From contig CM102284.1 in assembly GCA_046563655.1 (NCBI GenBank), positions 7,192,001 through 7,256,000 on the forward strand: a stretch of DNA of 64,000 nt, in the 5' to 3' direction. Below the pieces are notes generated by a model. That model was not told where the DNA came from. It saw only the letters and a program-made list of their open reading frames with translations, and searched no databases. The translations under genes were made by a program, and so were the position numbers. Shown in pieces: positions 28,129 to 41,258 of this stretch. Numbering within the stretch: the first letter of the stretch is position 1; the number at the start of each line of letters is the position of its first letter. The stretch comes from Yuukianura sp. NJ FZ-2021 (Eukaryota).

Positions 28129-29105
28129 ACATGAATAATCGATTATAAATCGTAGTAATTCACCTTTACATCTCCAACGAAAACTCCTAACAACAACCAC
28201 CGAACTAAAATGTGGAATTCGAAATGTCAATCTTTTTAAAAGGGCAAAGGGAAGATGATTTTTTAAAGTGATACTTACTCGGTTCACACTTTTTTGCCAG
28301 CAGATTCCCAGTCACTTATAACATGATTCCGGCAACACCAAAAATTGCAGAGTTAACGATGTAGTTAACTTTAAATTTTAAGGAATTGGTAACTATACTG
28401 TTCTTCGTGTACCTTTTACACCAGTAGACACAGAGTGCACTGGAAGGGTGGAGTCCCAAGATGCACTTTTTAAGGGAGGGGAGAGAGGGAGAGAGATCTG
28501 TTAGATTGTTGTAACTTGTGCTGGCTGTTTGCCGATTGTTCCTACTGCAGTCTCTCCTGCTGCCCTTGGTGTGATCTTTGGGAAGATGAGGGAAGAAGAA
28601 TAAGTTGCATTGAAGTACTGTGAGAGAGAGATGCACTTGGAAAGAAGAAAAGGTTCCCCGACTAGGCAAATCCGTCCTCGTCTAACCGAAAATCCCGAAT
28701 GGAGGCACTGAGTTTCTCAACCTGGAGGCCACACACCGCTCGCTGCTGCCTGCCAAGACCGATACTCAAAACCCCACAGCTCCAGACCAAGGGGAAAGTA
28801 GATTCTCCCGGGTACGGGTAGTAGTTCAGCCCAGACACTTTACTACGAAAATACTATCGCTGCCCTTGTAGCTTGTAAGTACTGGAGCAGGAGCTTTACA
28901 GACGAAATGATGTGGATCTTTCTTGTGAAAAGCCTCCTAAGCACAACAAATACTGCTGCTTCCATAAACATCACGCCAGATGCATTTAACCAAATGATCC
29001 TTTGTTGTCACCTTCCAAATATTCCGAGAACAACAATAAAAATTAACCTAAAGAAATAATCAAATGAGGCTGCTTACTTTCAAACACAAAAGACGTGTAA
29101 ACACG

Positions 29106-30821
29106 TTAAGGCGATAAAATAAATCCAGCACGAACAAGAATCCGGATGAATTCGGCAACTCCTGCCCATTCAGCATGGCAGCTACTGCTGATCAAACATG
29201 AAACGTCGCTGTCCGTCTCACGGAGGGCCTGAAATACAATGATTAGCTTTAGTTTGTCTGCAAATGATAATAAAGTTAGCTTTAATTACCAGCATTACCT
29301 CAAAAGTTTTGCAATTAGGATCCTCAGCTCGTTGAAGAACAATTTTTTCGATTTCTTCCCGTCGAAATGGAAATCGAACGAAGCATGCTCCAAGCTCAAG
29401 CGTGGACCGATCTTCCAGGCCGTGCAAGTCGTCGTTGTTCTGGAGGTTGCCGTTGGCATCTAGCAGCTGCTTACCAATGTCTTGACGCAAGAAGATACAA
29501 ACTTGACGGAGCTTGAGAATATTTCTGTTCTTGTCGGTTATATACGACGCATGTTGAAAACGTTTCAGGAAACAGTCGTACTTGGACAATTCTTCAGCTG
29601 GAACTTCCTGTTTTTCTAGAGATGGCTTCAAAATCGACTGGAACAGCTTGAGTACGTTGATCATGTTTCCAAGGTCGTTGTTTTTAGTAAATACGTTCGT
29701 AACGTTCATCACGATTTGAAGTAACTTGAGACGAGAGATGAACTCTTGAGAAACCAGAACTGATAATCCGGACTTGTAGAAATGCCATAATGGGCTCGTG
29801 TCATCCAGTCCGACCAGAAGCTGGAAAATTGCGTACTCCAAAATGGTGGTCTCTGCTGCGTTGTTTTCATCCGCGTTAGTTTGTCCAATGATCAAGTCCA
29901 GAAATTCCTTGACTTCACGCAACAGGCAGGAGTCTTTGATTCTGACAGTGGTGTTAATCAAAGCCATGACAGCAGCTTTCGGGTTTTGGAAGGTCGTGAC
30001 GTAAACCTCGTCTAAAAACTGAAATCAACAAATTAAGATAAAAGTGATGGTAGTCAGTTCTGTTTTGTAGTTTTAGGGCATACCGCTTGCCGCTCCGATC
30101 CAGTCATGGTGGAAATAGACCTCATCCGCATGCGCAGGGAGCCAAGAATGCTGGACAAGTTATCTTTTTCGTAAGCAGTATGCAATCCATCAACGTAGGC
30201 TAGCTTCACGATATCGTTGCGTCGGGTTCGATGCGACTCCGAAGTCAAAACTGAAAAGTCCCCTTTCTTTAATTGTTCCAGCAGCTCCTCAGTCGTTACT
30301 TCAATTTCCTTCGGTTCAGCCTCTGGCAGTGGTGTAGCGATACATTCTTTCTGAATATACAGAAAGCCCGGTTCCAGTCTAAGCTTTGACACAAACCAAT
30401 CGTAATCTTCCTCGGAGATAGACGTATCAAAACAAGTTGGAGTAATTCTATCGAGGCACTCTTCGTCAAGCATTTCCTCAGCATCCGGATGACTGGAGTG
30501 AAGGAACAATGTTAAGTGAATTGCCATCCGTTCCTCGTTGCCACATTTTTGTAAAAGCATTGCTACAGCTTTTGCCACCTTCTCCTTGGATAACTTCCCG
30601 GAAACTAACAACCATTTCAATATTATAACTGTGTATATTTATTTATTAGTAAAAGTAATGCTGGCGTAAGCAGTGTTCTGGTCCTTACCAAGCTCCCTGA
30701 AATATCTTTTAGCCAATACAACGTTTACAGATGAAGCAGCCTCCCCCCAACTGCATTTGCTTTTGTTCTCTTGAAAGAATCTGAAAGCCGCAGATCGTTT
30801 ACGTTTGTCCGAAATGTCCAT
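29106..30821 (-). CDS. Uncharacterized ~500-aa Leu-rich, probably alpha-helical protein (4 coding exons; 3' end uncertain)
   Basis: ATG 30821 (MDISDKRKR...). ORFs 30639-30932, 30054-30620 and 29218-29967 join in frame through short GT-AG introns (TG|GTAAGG...ACACAG|, GCG|GTATGC...TTTCAG|, GAG|GTAATG...TTTCAG|). The last exon ALRETDSD...FILSP* stops at 29108-29106. A 5'UTR intron spans ~30978-30856. Confidence 0.75.
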
Positions 30822-32285
30822 TGTCTCAGCGAATCCGCATAAAGTCGGTCCTCTCCTACCCAACAAATATGTAAATGAATAGTAGTCAAGGATCAACGAC
30901 ATCGAGAACGGCACAGCAGTGCCAGTTGACAAGACAGAACCACCCTCTGGTGGACAGTCTTTTCATGTTTACTGTTTACCTGTATATCCGGTTCCGGAGC
31001 CGGACACTGAAAATTACTGCCAAATCAGCAACCTCCTTTCGCACTAATCAGAATCACTCACAACAGTACCACTACCGGTACTTAACGAAACAGTGTATCG
31101 TTAAATCCTCCGATAAATGAGCGAACGATGACAGCTGACACGCACAACAACACTTGAATGGAAGAACGATGATATGACGTTCACGTTTCTTGTTTCACTG
31201 GAATCCCAAGAATGTCACACATACGCAGTCACGTGATAAACCTGCTCCATATTTGTTCCATCATCATATAAACGTTTTTCTGACGTTATTAACTTCAATT
31301 ATAGGATCACAATCAATCCACTAAATATTTAGCACATTATATTATTGTTAGTTATACTATTTTAAGAAATAATAATCACATTTAAATACAATATTAATAA
31401 AATATAAAATTAAACCAAGAATAATACATTGCCCAAATCAGTGTGTGAGCTGTGCAATGTGCTGGGAGGCATTTTTTGTTTTACTTTGCAGCGCCAAAAT
31501 TCAAACTGGATTCCCTGAAAACTGACTGATCTCTCTTTTGTTTAATGCATAATTCTAAAAGTTTTCTAAACGGTCGAAGAAATCCCCGTCATTTATGGGC
31601 ACTTAAGATTTAAATTTATAAACATTTTATTCATAACTAATTAGTTACTGGCTTTTTTAACTTTAGTTAGTTACTTACAATTTCTAGATAATTAATTTAA
31701 TAGCAAGCATTCCAGCAAACATTTAAACCTTGAAGATATGTCATTTACGTTTTCTATCATTCGCTGTATGACCATGTGTGTTGATCTATCAAAACCGGTG
31801 GCGGTACGTGTGCGTAAATAACTTTCTGAGCAACTAGAAAAAAATATTGTAGCATTGATATTTTTTTTATGAATTTTCGCTTCCCGATTTGTCATCTCTC
31901 TCATCTGTCTTCTCTTTAATCTTTACGGACTTTGTGGTATCCTCAATCCTCATCCTGAACGATTACGAAGATTCTGGATAACTAGAATAGTGATTAGTCT
32001 AATTAACCAAATTTCGATTAATTTTATAGAATTCAGATCGAAAGTCGTTGGAACTACGTGGATTCAAGCCATAGAGAAGAGAAGGTGATTGACCGGGGTC
32101 ATCTGATGTCTCAGCTGTAGTCGAATGTTATCTCATTAGGGATTTTAGGTACGGAAGACCTGTTATAAATTATTGACGTTGTTAATAAGCTAACGATACA
32201 TACGATCCTCATTAATATTGACACTATTTTATTTCAGGCGTAGAAAGAAAAGGTAGTCAAAACGGTTCTCTAGTGAAACGCAAAA

Positions 32286-33767
32286 ATGAAGCAACCTGTA
32301 GCAATACTGCGATCTGCCAGAAGGAACTTTCCGTTTTTCCAAGAACAAATGAAAGCGTTAATTGGCAATGCCAGTGCTTTGGTGAAGTTTGTCTGCCTGA
32401 TTGTCATATGCTCGTACCTCCTGTCCTACTACCCACCAGCGATAGAGGAGTTAAGTGTCATTCCAGGACATCTTCTGCCTCCATCATTCCGAATCTGGAC
32501 ACTGTTCACACATCCGTTTTTGGAAATTCATTTGTGGGAAGTCGTTGTGGATATTATAACAGTTGGACTTTGTGGTAAGTACTACGTAGTAGAAAAATAC
32601 AACAAAAGGTCAAGCATCAATTAATTGAATTGTGTATTTCTCAATTTATAGGGAAACTGATTGAGCCGTTATGGGGAAGCCGTGAAATGTTTGTGTTCTT
32701 CGGAATAGTAAACCTGGCAGTCGTCCTGTTCTGTGTAGTTTACTATCTGCTGTTGTACGCAGTTACCTTCGATCCAAACATTTTATTTGAAGTCCGGATT
32801 CATGGGTTGTCGGGATACATCGCCGCTGTCTCTGTTGCCGTGAGGCAAATTATGCCAGATCATGTCATTGTTCGGACACCGCTTGGAAAAATTACCAATA
32901 GGTGAGAGCAATATTTGAATATAGCTCTAACAAGATATTATTGTTATATTTTCCTTGTTTCTTGCTAATGATTTCTTTACGTTTCAGAAACGTCCCGCTT
33001 TCAGTACTGGTGTTCTCAATCATCTTATGGGCAATTGGTTTGCTTGAAGGAACTTTTTGTACAATGTTCATGGCCGGAATACTTTCGTCTTGGGTTTACC
33101 TCAGGTTCTACCAGAGGCACTCCAATGGAACAATCGGAGACACAACTGACTTCTTCACATTTGCAAGGTAAGTTATTAACTTATGAACTTAAGTTATGCA
33201 AAATGTTGGATCTAGAAAATCTGCATCGGTTCGGATTCTGTATTATTCCTTATGTTATATCTTTAGCTTCTTCCCCAACGTTCTCCAACCTCCAATCTCT
33301 GTCGTATCAAATTCCATTTTCAAAATGCTGCGGAAGGCGGGACTGTTCAAAAATCGAGTGAGGACATTTGCTGATGCCAGTAGTGCTCCATCCTCAATCC
33401 AGATAAATATTAGTAGCCATCAATCCGACGCAGACAGGCGAAAGTGAGTCACCATCTCAATAATAATGTTTATAACTCGATTAATTAACTCAATTTGATT
33501 AATTGCAGACAGAAGGCCCTGAAATTACTAAATGAACGTCTGGGAATGAAAAAAAGTGAAGCAACAGTTCCTCTTCTTCAGTCAGAAAGTCCACTGGACG
33601 ACGAGCCGACTAGTATCTCTATTCCAGCATCGTCTGGTAGCAACGTCGGAATGCATCGAAGTCACAGTGCTGGATCAAATCTCGTCACATCCGTGTCAGC
33701 CTCTCCGAGTAGTAGTTACATTCAAACACCAGCGGCACGCGGTAGTCCTGGAACGCCCTTGTTATAA
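32286..33767 (+). CDS. TMEM115: Transmembrane protein 115 (rhomboid-like Golgi protein)
   Basis: Five exons (~32286-32574, 32652-32902, 32988-33167, 33267-33443, 33510-33767). Motifs IWTLFTHPFLEIHLWEVVVD, GKLIEPLWGS.EM..FF.IVN, RIHGLSGYIAA, SWVYLRFYQRHSNG..GD, SFFP..LQP and DADRRKQKALKLLNERL are typical of TMEM115. Confidence 0.92.
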
Positions 33768-35133
33768 TTCATTCGACTTGACCCCTCATCAGAAATCGAA
33801 ACACTTTCTCATACTGTTTGGACAGATTGAATACGGTTGGATGAAGACAAATCTCCATTTTAATTAATCCTTAAACTTACTCACAGATTACTCTGCATCT
33901 ATTTTGAGAAGGTTAACACCAAGCATTAAATTAATCCCGTTATTATCTGAAATTGTTTTGCAGAACTTCTTCATGCATCCTTCCGGAACCAAGCATGGAT
34001 AAGCCAAGGGCCCTCTCATTATACCGACGGAATGTGGAACATCTTTGTGCAATTTTTGGCAAACTTGCAATTCCTCATCTCCTCATTATCTTTGTGTACT
34101 CAACGATGGAGGGATTAGTCGTGTCAAATTTTGTGTTCAGATTGAAAGGTGTTCAAACTGTTTTGACAGCACCAGTTGCGTTCAATTACTCAACCAGTTC
34201 AGTCAAAATTGTCATCACAAAATCAATGACCTCCAGAGATGAGCAAAGTTGCGAAAAAAAAGACGTTTCATGTTACATAACCCTGCTCATCTCGAACACT
34301 TTAAATTCCGCCTCCGTCCCATGTCAAACTACTCACAACGTTTTTTTTTAATGGACATCTTTGGCTTGTTCCGTTTTTTAAACGTGCTTGGTTTGGTCCA
34401 AAAAATGTAAGATTTTGGAATTTTTCTGAGTCCGTGCGAAACGTGGAGTAGTAAAAAAAAACCGGGATCCAAAAATAGTGTCATGAAGATGATCACACTT
34501 GTAAAGTGTAAAAATCAGCGGATATTTTAAGCGAATTGGGATCTTCAACTTGAGAATTTGGCATTGACATTAATTTTATGGGGAGTGAGGAATGAAGAGA
34601 GACAATTTTAGGAGGATGACTTCATTTTCAAAAAAAGAAAATTAGAAAATGAAAGAAAGCATTTTTTTGATTTCCATCTTTCAACGAAATGAAAAAGAGG
34701 AAGGTTGTTATTAAGATCTCAAGAATATGAGTGGTGAGAGACGCTTTCAAACAGTTTAAGATCTTGTTTGAAATTTTTAGAACAAGGCAAATTGAAATCA
34801 GGTTATGCAGAGGTGGGTTTCGAAATTTTAGAAAATGGCAAGAGTCTTCCCACCTCTTTAAAAAGTGGAGATGGACTTTTGCCAAAATTTTCTATTTACG
34901 GTGACATCCACTTCTGCAAATTCCTTTGCACTGGAGCTCTCACTTTCGTTTTTGAACTGAAGTGGAGAAGATCTCTGAAGTGAAAGCTTTTGACTTCCTG
35001 TGAAAGTAAGGCAACGCTAATTTGTAATCTAAATTAATTCGAAATTAATTGATGAAAATTAAATCGTCAAAACTAATCTTCCGAATAATTTCAAATTCTA
35101 ATTTGATTTTAGAATCTCTAATCCAAAACCAAG

Positions 35134-35622
35134 ATGAGTTTGAAGAAGGAGTTGAAGAAAGCAATCGCTGATGTCCTCAGTAACAAGGGAATGCCTGCCT
35201 GCACTGACAGTAAGGATGCTGTTTGAAATATTATACATTAATTTTTAATTAATTATCAATTAAGTAATTAAAATCATCTTTAATTAAAATTTCAAATGTT
35301 TACAGAGTCCTTTTCGAGTATGTGGGAGAGCTTTGCCAAAACGCAGCCCAGCACTCTGAACACCTCGAGTAAGAATTTGTTTTAAAAAAGCTGGCAGTAC
35401 TTTTCCATTTTCTTGTAAATTTTTCAAAAATAATTTTTTTTTATGTAATTGTGGCTTCATTTCCTTTTAGCCAAATTCGACCCTGACATTTGGGGATCTC
35501 TGGCAAAGAACCTGGAGAAGTTCATAATGAAGCCAGAACATGCTGCTCTCGTTGTGCCCAAAGTTCGAAAAATCTTCGGAGAGAAACCGGAACCAGCAGA
35601 AATCAAGGGATTCATGCAATAA
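35134..35622 (+). CDS. Small 96-aa orphan protein (3 coding exons), not in the ORF track
   Basis: Exons 35134-35209, 35306-35368 and 35471-35622 with GTAAG donors and YAG acceptors, phases 1/1. Translation: MSLKKELKKAIADVLSNKGMPACTDKSFSSMWESFAKTQPSTLNTSTKFDPDIWGSLAKNLEKFIMKPEHAALVVPKVRKIFGEKPEPAEIKGFMQ*. There is an in-frame stop upstream of the ATG, a 5'UTR intron at ~35006-35112 and AATAAA at ~35777. Confidence 0.8.
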
Positions 35623-36195
35623 ATTCCATCAACATCATAACCTAACAATTCTTCAAACCAAACGCAAAACTACTGTCAACATAATGCTGTCATATTCTTC
35701 TAACTACTTTGGAAGGTCGCAAGGGGTCAAATTCCGATTCGAGTAAAACGTACATCTAAAATTACGAAGTTCAAAAATAAATCTCTTTTCAGTTCAGATC
35801 ATTTTCAGTTTTTTCCTCAGCAAACTTTCACTTTTTAGGCAAAGCACAAGAAAATCTGTGTTAATGATTTTAATGTCTGTTGAACGTGATGTTGCACTTG
35901 AACTTGGCACTCCTTTTCGGCAGAGGCTCAAGGAGAGAACAATAGAATTGCACAAGGTCAAACAAATGGATTTAACTAGGAACTTTAAATCGTAACTAAT
36001 TAAATCCTGAAGTAGGTCTGTTTGTCTGTGGTAATACTGCCGGCACTGTCTTTGAGATTTTTAAGATCCTATTCATGACGTAACTTAACTAAAAGTTAAA
36101 GAAAAAAACTTAATTTTCACCTAGTTTACTAAAGGGGAGTGTTTTTGTTTAAAAAGTTAAGCAAAACCTTGAGTTTTATAAATATTTTGAACAAA

Positions 36196-39100
36196 ATGCC
36201 TGTACGAAACAACATAAAAAGTGATTCTACGCAAGTATCAGTTGAGCTGTCTACATTTGGAAGAAAAGACGATCAGCCAATAGGAAAAGGACAAAGGAAT
36301 GTCGCTGGTCCGACTCACTTAGATGTCATGATGACCTCTGGCCTTAACTTGACCTCTGGCCTTAACTTGACCTCTGACATGTCTGCTGAATCCCATTGTC
36401 CACCAGTGTACAATTCTCTAAGTACTCCCTCCACAGTAAATGCTAATGGTCATCCAAATTCAAAAAGTTTTGGACAGAATCGTTTTAGTGAAGCGTCACC
36501 GTTGCGCTCAGAACCGAGCTTTGAAGAGGAACTTTTTCCGAGTCAAAATGCTTCCAAAAAGCGTCGAAATTATTTGTTTTGGACGCTGATTTTAGCTGGA
36601 AGGTAATCAAACCTTAGTTAATTGACTTTGCTGAGAATTTAAGTCGGTGATCTCGTGCGACCTTTATGGTTCTGCACTTTTAAAATCAAAATTAAATTTT
36701 AAACTTTAGATGCAAAAGTTAAAAGTTAAACGCCAGTCAAAATTCTCGTTTGTGTGACCTTGAAATATTTTTTAATCCTCACCAAACTAATTTTAATTTT
36801 TTTTTCAAATGGCGCAGCGGCATTGGAATTCTCCTTTCTTTTGGCTTAACTTACTTTCTCCACCCCGCTTTCACTTCCTGTGACCAAAATTCAACTTTTC
36901 AGAACTTGTCACTAATGGACATAAATCAAACCGAAAATTTTGAAGATACTGAACATGAAGAAGTCGTTCAACGGTTAGATCAAGGTCACGGCATCAACAC
37001 AACGATAGCATCTACGACCTTGGCTAGGACGGCATTTCCTATTCCAGGTAAGAACTTTCGAATTTCAATTTATACTGGAACTAAACTCCGAAATTCCATT
37101 TTCTTTTTTCATATTCTTTGACACGAACAAAATTTAAAAATTCAAACAAGAAAAAAAAATAACGGAATTATAGAAAAAGAGGATGTAAGAGTCAGTAAGG
37201 TTAAAGCGAGTGAAAAATTGCTAAAATTAGTCCAGAAAATGGTAAAACTTCGCAGTTTAGAGCATTTTCTAGTTGGTTGATCAACTCTGTGACTAATTGG
37301 AATTAGATTTGAAGAGTCGGCTTCAAGAAAATTTCAAAGTAGTTCTGCTCGGTACTTCCTCATCAATCATGACTCCGTCCAACTCCAATGGATCTCTGTC
37401 GTCACAGTTTGCTGCATCTTCTGCTGTTTACGAGTCAGCAGCAGCAATGCTTCCACCAATGGCAAATGCAACAGTTGTAACCGAAGCGATTCAAGCCGGA
37501 ACAGATGCTCTTTTAGCCCGTCATAAAACGGAGGAACGAATTGAAAAACTTGGGTTTCGTTTCGATTCCAAGGAAAACGGAACCCTGAAAACCGAAACTG
37601 CCGACGGCATAACGGAAGAAGGCGGAGGCCTTGGACGAACTAGCCAAACGAGGGGGCGGTTTGAGACGCTGAAGGACGCTGCGAAGACGGAAATCCACAA
37701 ATTGTCTTTAATCGGATTTTCAATGGAGAAAGCGTCACGAGTCATTGCCAAAAGGTGTGATTTATGAGCAGAGCTGTCAAAAATATTTCAATCTTCATGC
37801 CCTTAGTGCTATTCCAAAGAAAATAAATACTATTCAAGGTTTCAATTTTGGAAATATTTAGATTTTCAAATTTTTGGCATGTTTTTACGTTTTTGACCGT
37901 TCGGTTCTGTTAAAATTTTGGAAGTTGGCTTGTTCAAATGAGAGTTTTTTGAAATTTTGACTCAACAGGTTGAATTTGAGTAAAAGTGAGGCTGAAGATG
38001 GAATTGTGTTGGATCCCAAAGCCAAAATCGACCAGGGTCCTTGGTGTGCTGCCGAGATCGGTCATGTGCTGGACCGGAACTGTAATGTTACCGAAGCGTA
38101 CCGAACAGTATCCGGACGTTGTAATAATTTAAATCATCCGCAGTGGGGCATGGAACTGGAGAAGTATCGGAGAATTCTTCGCGCTGATTTCGATGATGGT
38201 AGTTTTAAAAGAAATTTTAAAAGAATTTTCAAAGTTTTTCAAAATTTCGGAAATTACTTAATCAAAATTCAAAATTTGGTTCAAAATTGGCAAAATTTTT
38301 AGGAATTTCGACTCCAAGGAGGTCAGCAGATCAACGCCCTTTGCCTAACCCACTGTACGTGAGCAGAATGATCTTTGCAGATCGTAATCTTAACGACTCC
38401 ACGCTCACTTCCTTGTTTCCGCTGTGGTCTGAGTTTATCGAGCGAGACATGGAAGAACCAGTTCCAAGTTTCGGTAAGATTTGAATTTTTTGTCACAAAT
38501 CGACCGAAATTTTAAGATACGGTTCTTATTTTTTGAAAAAAAAAATTCCCTAAACTATACAAAATGATGCGTTGCAAGATGAACAGACCAATGTGGAAGT
38601 AGAAGTCCAAAGTCCACTCAAAAGTGAAATTTTTATGAATTTGCAATTTTAAAACGCATAAAAAACTTAAAGAAAAATGAAATTTTTATTGCTACAACTA
38701 AACGCCACATGAAAAATAATTGTTTCCTTTGGTCATACCCAATATAAGGGAATGCGAAATAAGTGACGTCACAAAGTTAGAGTGAGTGACGTCACAAAAA
38801 AATTGAAAAAAGGCGGGAACCTTTTTGCTCCGCATAATCTCCGCATAGCATCCGGCCAAAATCGAGGATCCACTTTTTGGATAGCAGTCTGCACGACACG
38901 CAAAAATTCAACACAAATCACACTGTGAGTTTGCAGCAACCGACACTCACTGTTCTCCTATTCTGAATTAAATTATTATTTACATGGCGTACTACTTTAA
39001 CATTTAATTAACATTCCTTATTGTTTAGTAGCAAGAAGTTATGCTATTTTTGATTCATTTTATTATTTATTTTATTTATTATAATTTTTCTTGTTTTTAG

Positions 39101-41068
39101 GCGAAAATAATTCAGAAATTAATTGCTGTGAAGAGGATAAGCTTCTTGAGATTCAGCATCCAGAATGCTTCCCACTTTACATGAATCCAGAAGACGAATT
39201 TTATGAAAAATCAGAACAAAATTGCATTTCAATTGTTCGTTCAGCAGCTGCACCAACATGTTCCTTTGGTAAGTCATATTTTAAAATTTTACAAAATTGG
39301 AATTCTAAATTTTCAGCACAATAATTTTCTCAAACAATCAATGATGTTTCAATCTAATAAGGTCCACGAGAGCAGTTCAACTTAAATTCAGCTTTTATAG
39401 ATGGATCTACAATTTATGGCTCAATTTCATCTACTGATGGAGACATAGAAGACAAAATTGGACCAAACGGACAAATTCTGTCAGCCGAAAATAAATTTTG
39501 GACAAAACATCACAATTTTGTAGCTGAGCAATTGGCAACGATTAATCCACATTGGAAATGGCAGAATATTTTTGAAGAAGCTAAAAGAATCGTTGTAGCC
39601 CAAATTCAGCACATCACAATCAACGAATACTTGCCACTGCTCCTGGGACCAGCGCTGCTTCTGCGCAGTGGTCTCAAGGTTCAGGACAATGGGTACTACG
39701 AGGGATACGACAAAACAGTTGACCCAGGTCAGTAAGCGGGTTAAATCTACTCGTTTTCAGTACTCATCGAAAAGTCGAGTCAAGTTTTAGTTCTCGTTTT
39801 CAGTACGTACAAGAAGTCAAAACTGTAAAGTGTTTTTATTTTTGAACAGGAATCTCGAATGTATGTTCTGCAGCGGCGTCGAAATTCAGACTTTCCATGA
39901 CAGGTCAACTCCGTGCCACCGAAAGTTCAAAAGGTCACCGACCCAGCGATGACCAGATTTTGACCAATTTGTTCCTTTCTGTAACGAATGTCACAAGCGT
40001 CGATATACTTGACCTAGCTTTCAGTCAAGCTGGACTTGTTGACACGTCTTTCTCAAAATTTGTAAATTCCAAGAAGAAAACTTTGTAAAAATTCAAACTC
40101 AACCAAAGAATTTTAATTTTTCTTAGACTAAGAAAGAAAAAAGTCTAGTTTAAATTTAAAAGTCCAGAGGAAAACGTCGAAATCGCCTTTGACAACTCTC
40201 TGAACTCAACATTTCTGTTTTTGGAAGTTTCAGTTCAGTCCTGATTTCAATTCAAGTGAAAGCAAAAAGAAAGCAGCGTCAGGGTCTCCTAGCCACTTGG
40301 CAGCGATTGTGATTCAGCGTGGGAGAGATCACGGACTCTCAGCGTATCCAAAATGGAGAAAACTCTGTGGGTTGAAGGAAGTCCAAAATTTTTCGGATTT
40401 AGAAGGAATTTGGACAAAAGATGACATTTCGCGGATCCAAAATATTTACAAGTAAGGAAAAATTTTCGAAAATAAAATTCAGTTAAAACATTAGCACTAG
40501 CGCAACAGCTAAATGAACAACATCTCCTTCGATTATCTAATTCAACTTATTCAAAATTTTCACATTATGCCTTAAGATTTTTGAGCGATGTTGACCTCTA
40601 TGTCGGTGGACTTGCAGAAATCCGCGAGCCGGGTAGCGCCGTCGGTCCGACTTTTGCTTGTCTCTTGGCAGATCAGTTTTCAAGAATAAGAAAAGGAGAT
40701 CGTTTTTGGTACGATGGCGACATTCAAATCAAGGCATTCACCCTCGGTACATTTCAAATTTTCGAAATTTGAAAACTTTCAGGTTTCAAAGAATTTCAAC
40801 TTTAAAATTTCCTTCCTTTTCATGTTTCTATATTCCAGATCAACTAACTTCTATTCGAAACGTAACTTTAGCAAGTCTCCTTTGCAGCGTTTTTGACACG
40901 CTAGGAGCAATTCAAACGCATGTTCTTCGTGTTGTCGCAGAAGACAATCCGATTGTACCATGCTCAACACTTTTAGGATCAAGTAGGTTCAACTTCAGTT
41001 TGTGGAAGGAAGACAAACCAATTCCAGGGATTCAACTGGTCTTAACCGACCAAACGGCTATGATCTAA
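36196..41068 (+). CDS. Animal heme peroxidase family protein (chorion peroxidase/cardinal-like), type II membrane anchor, catalytic residues absent
   Basis: Multi-exon gene with an N-terminal TM (NYLFWTLILAGSGIGILLSFGLTYFL). Family motifs: YRTVSGRCNNLNHPQWG, LPNPLYVSR, HPECFP, GPREQFN...IDGSTIYGS, IFEEAKRIVVAQIQHITINEYLP, IQRGRDHGL, DVDLYVGGLAE, GPTFACLLADQFSRIRKGDRFWYD. Confidence 0.9.
36332..36377 (+). repeat. In-frame 18-nt tandem repeat (~2.5 copies; TSGLNL-TSGLNL-TSD) in peroxidase exon 1
   Basis: tgacctctggccttaact tgacctctggccttaact tgacctctga. Confidence 0.8.
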
Positions 41069-41258
41069 ACTTTTAGCGTTTATAAAATTTCAATGTTAAT
41101 TTCAATAAAAAAGCAGTTTTAGTCGGTCATTAAATCATTAGGGTTAACGTTTTAGTCGTTAGCTGATAACTCGCGGTTTCCGTACACAATTTTGCAAATT
41201 CAAGACCACAAGTACTCCATTTGGTTTTCATTCTTCATTTACACACTGGCTAAAGTTC

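Noticed and set aside
28316-28960. GC-richer stretch considered as an ncRNA (RNase P/MRP-like) or extra CDS
   Set aside because: No complete conserved ncRNA motifs and only short ORFs. More likely the 3'UTR of the minus-strand gene.
33888-34351. 132-aa and shorter ORFs downstream of TMEM115
   Set aside because: No recognisable motif or splice support. Probably 3'UTR.
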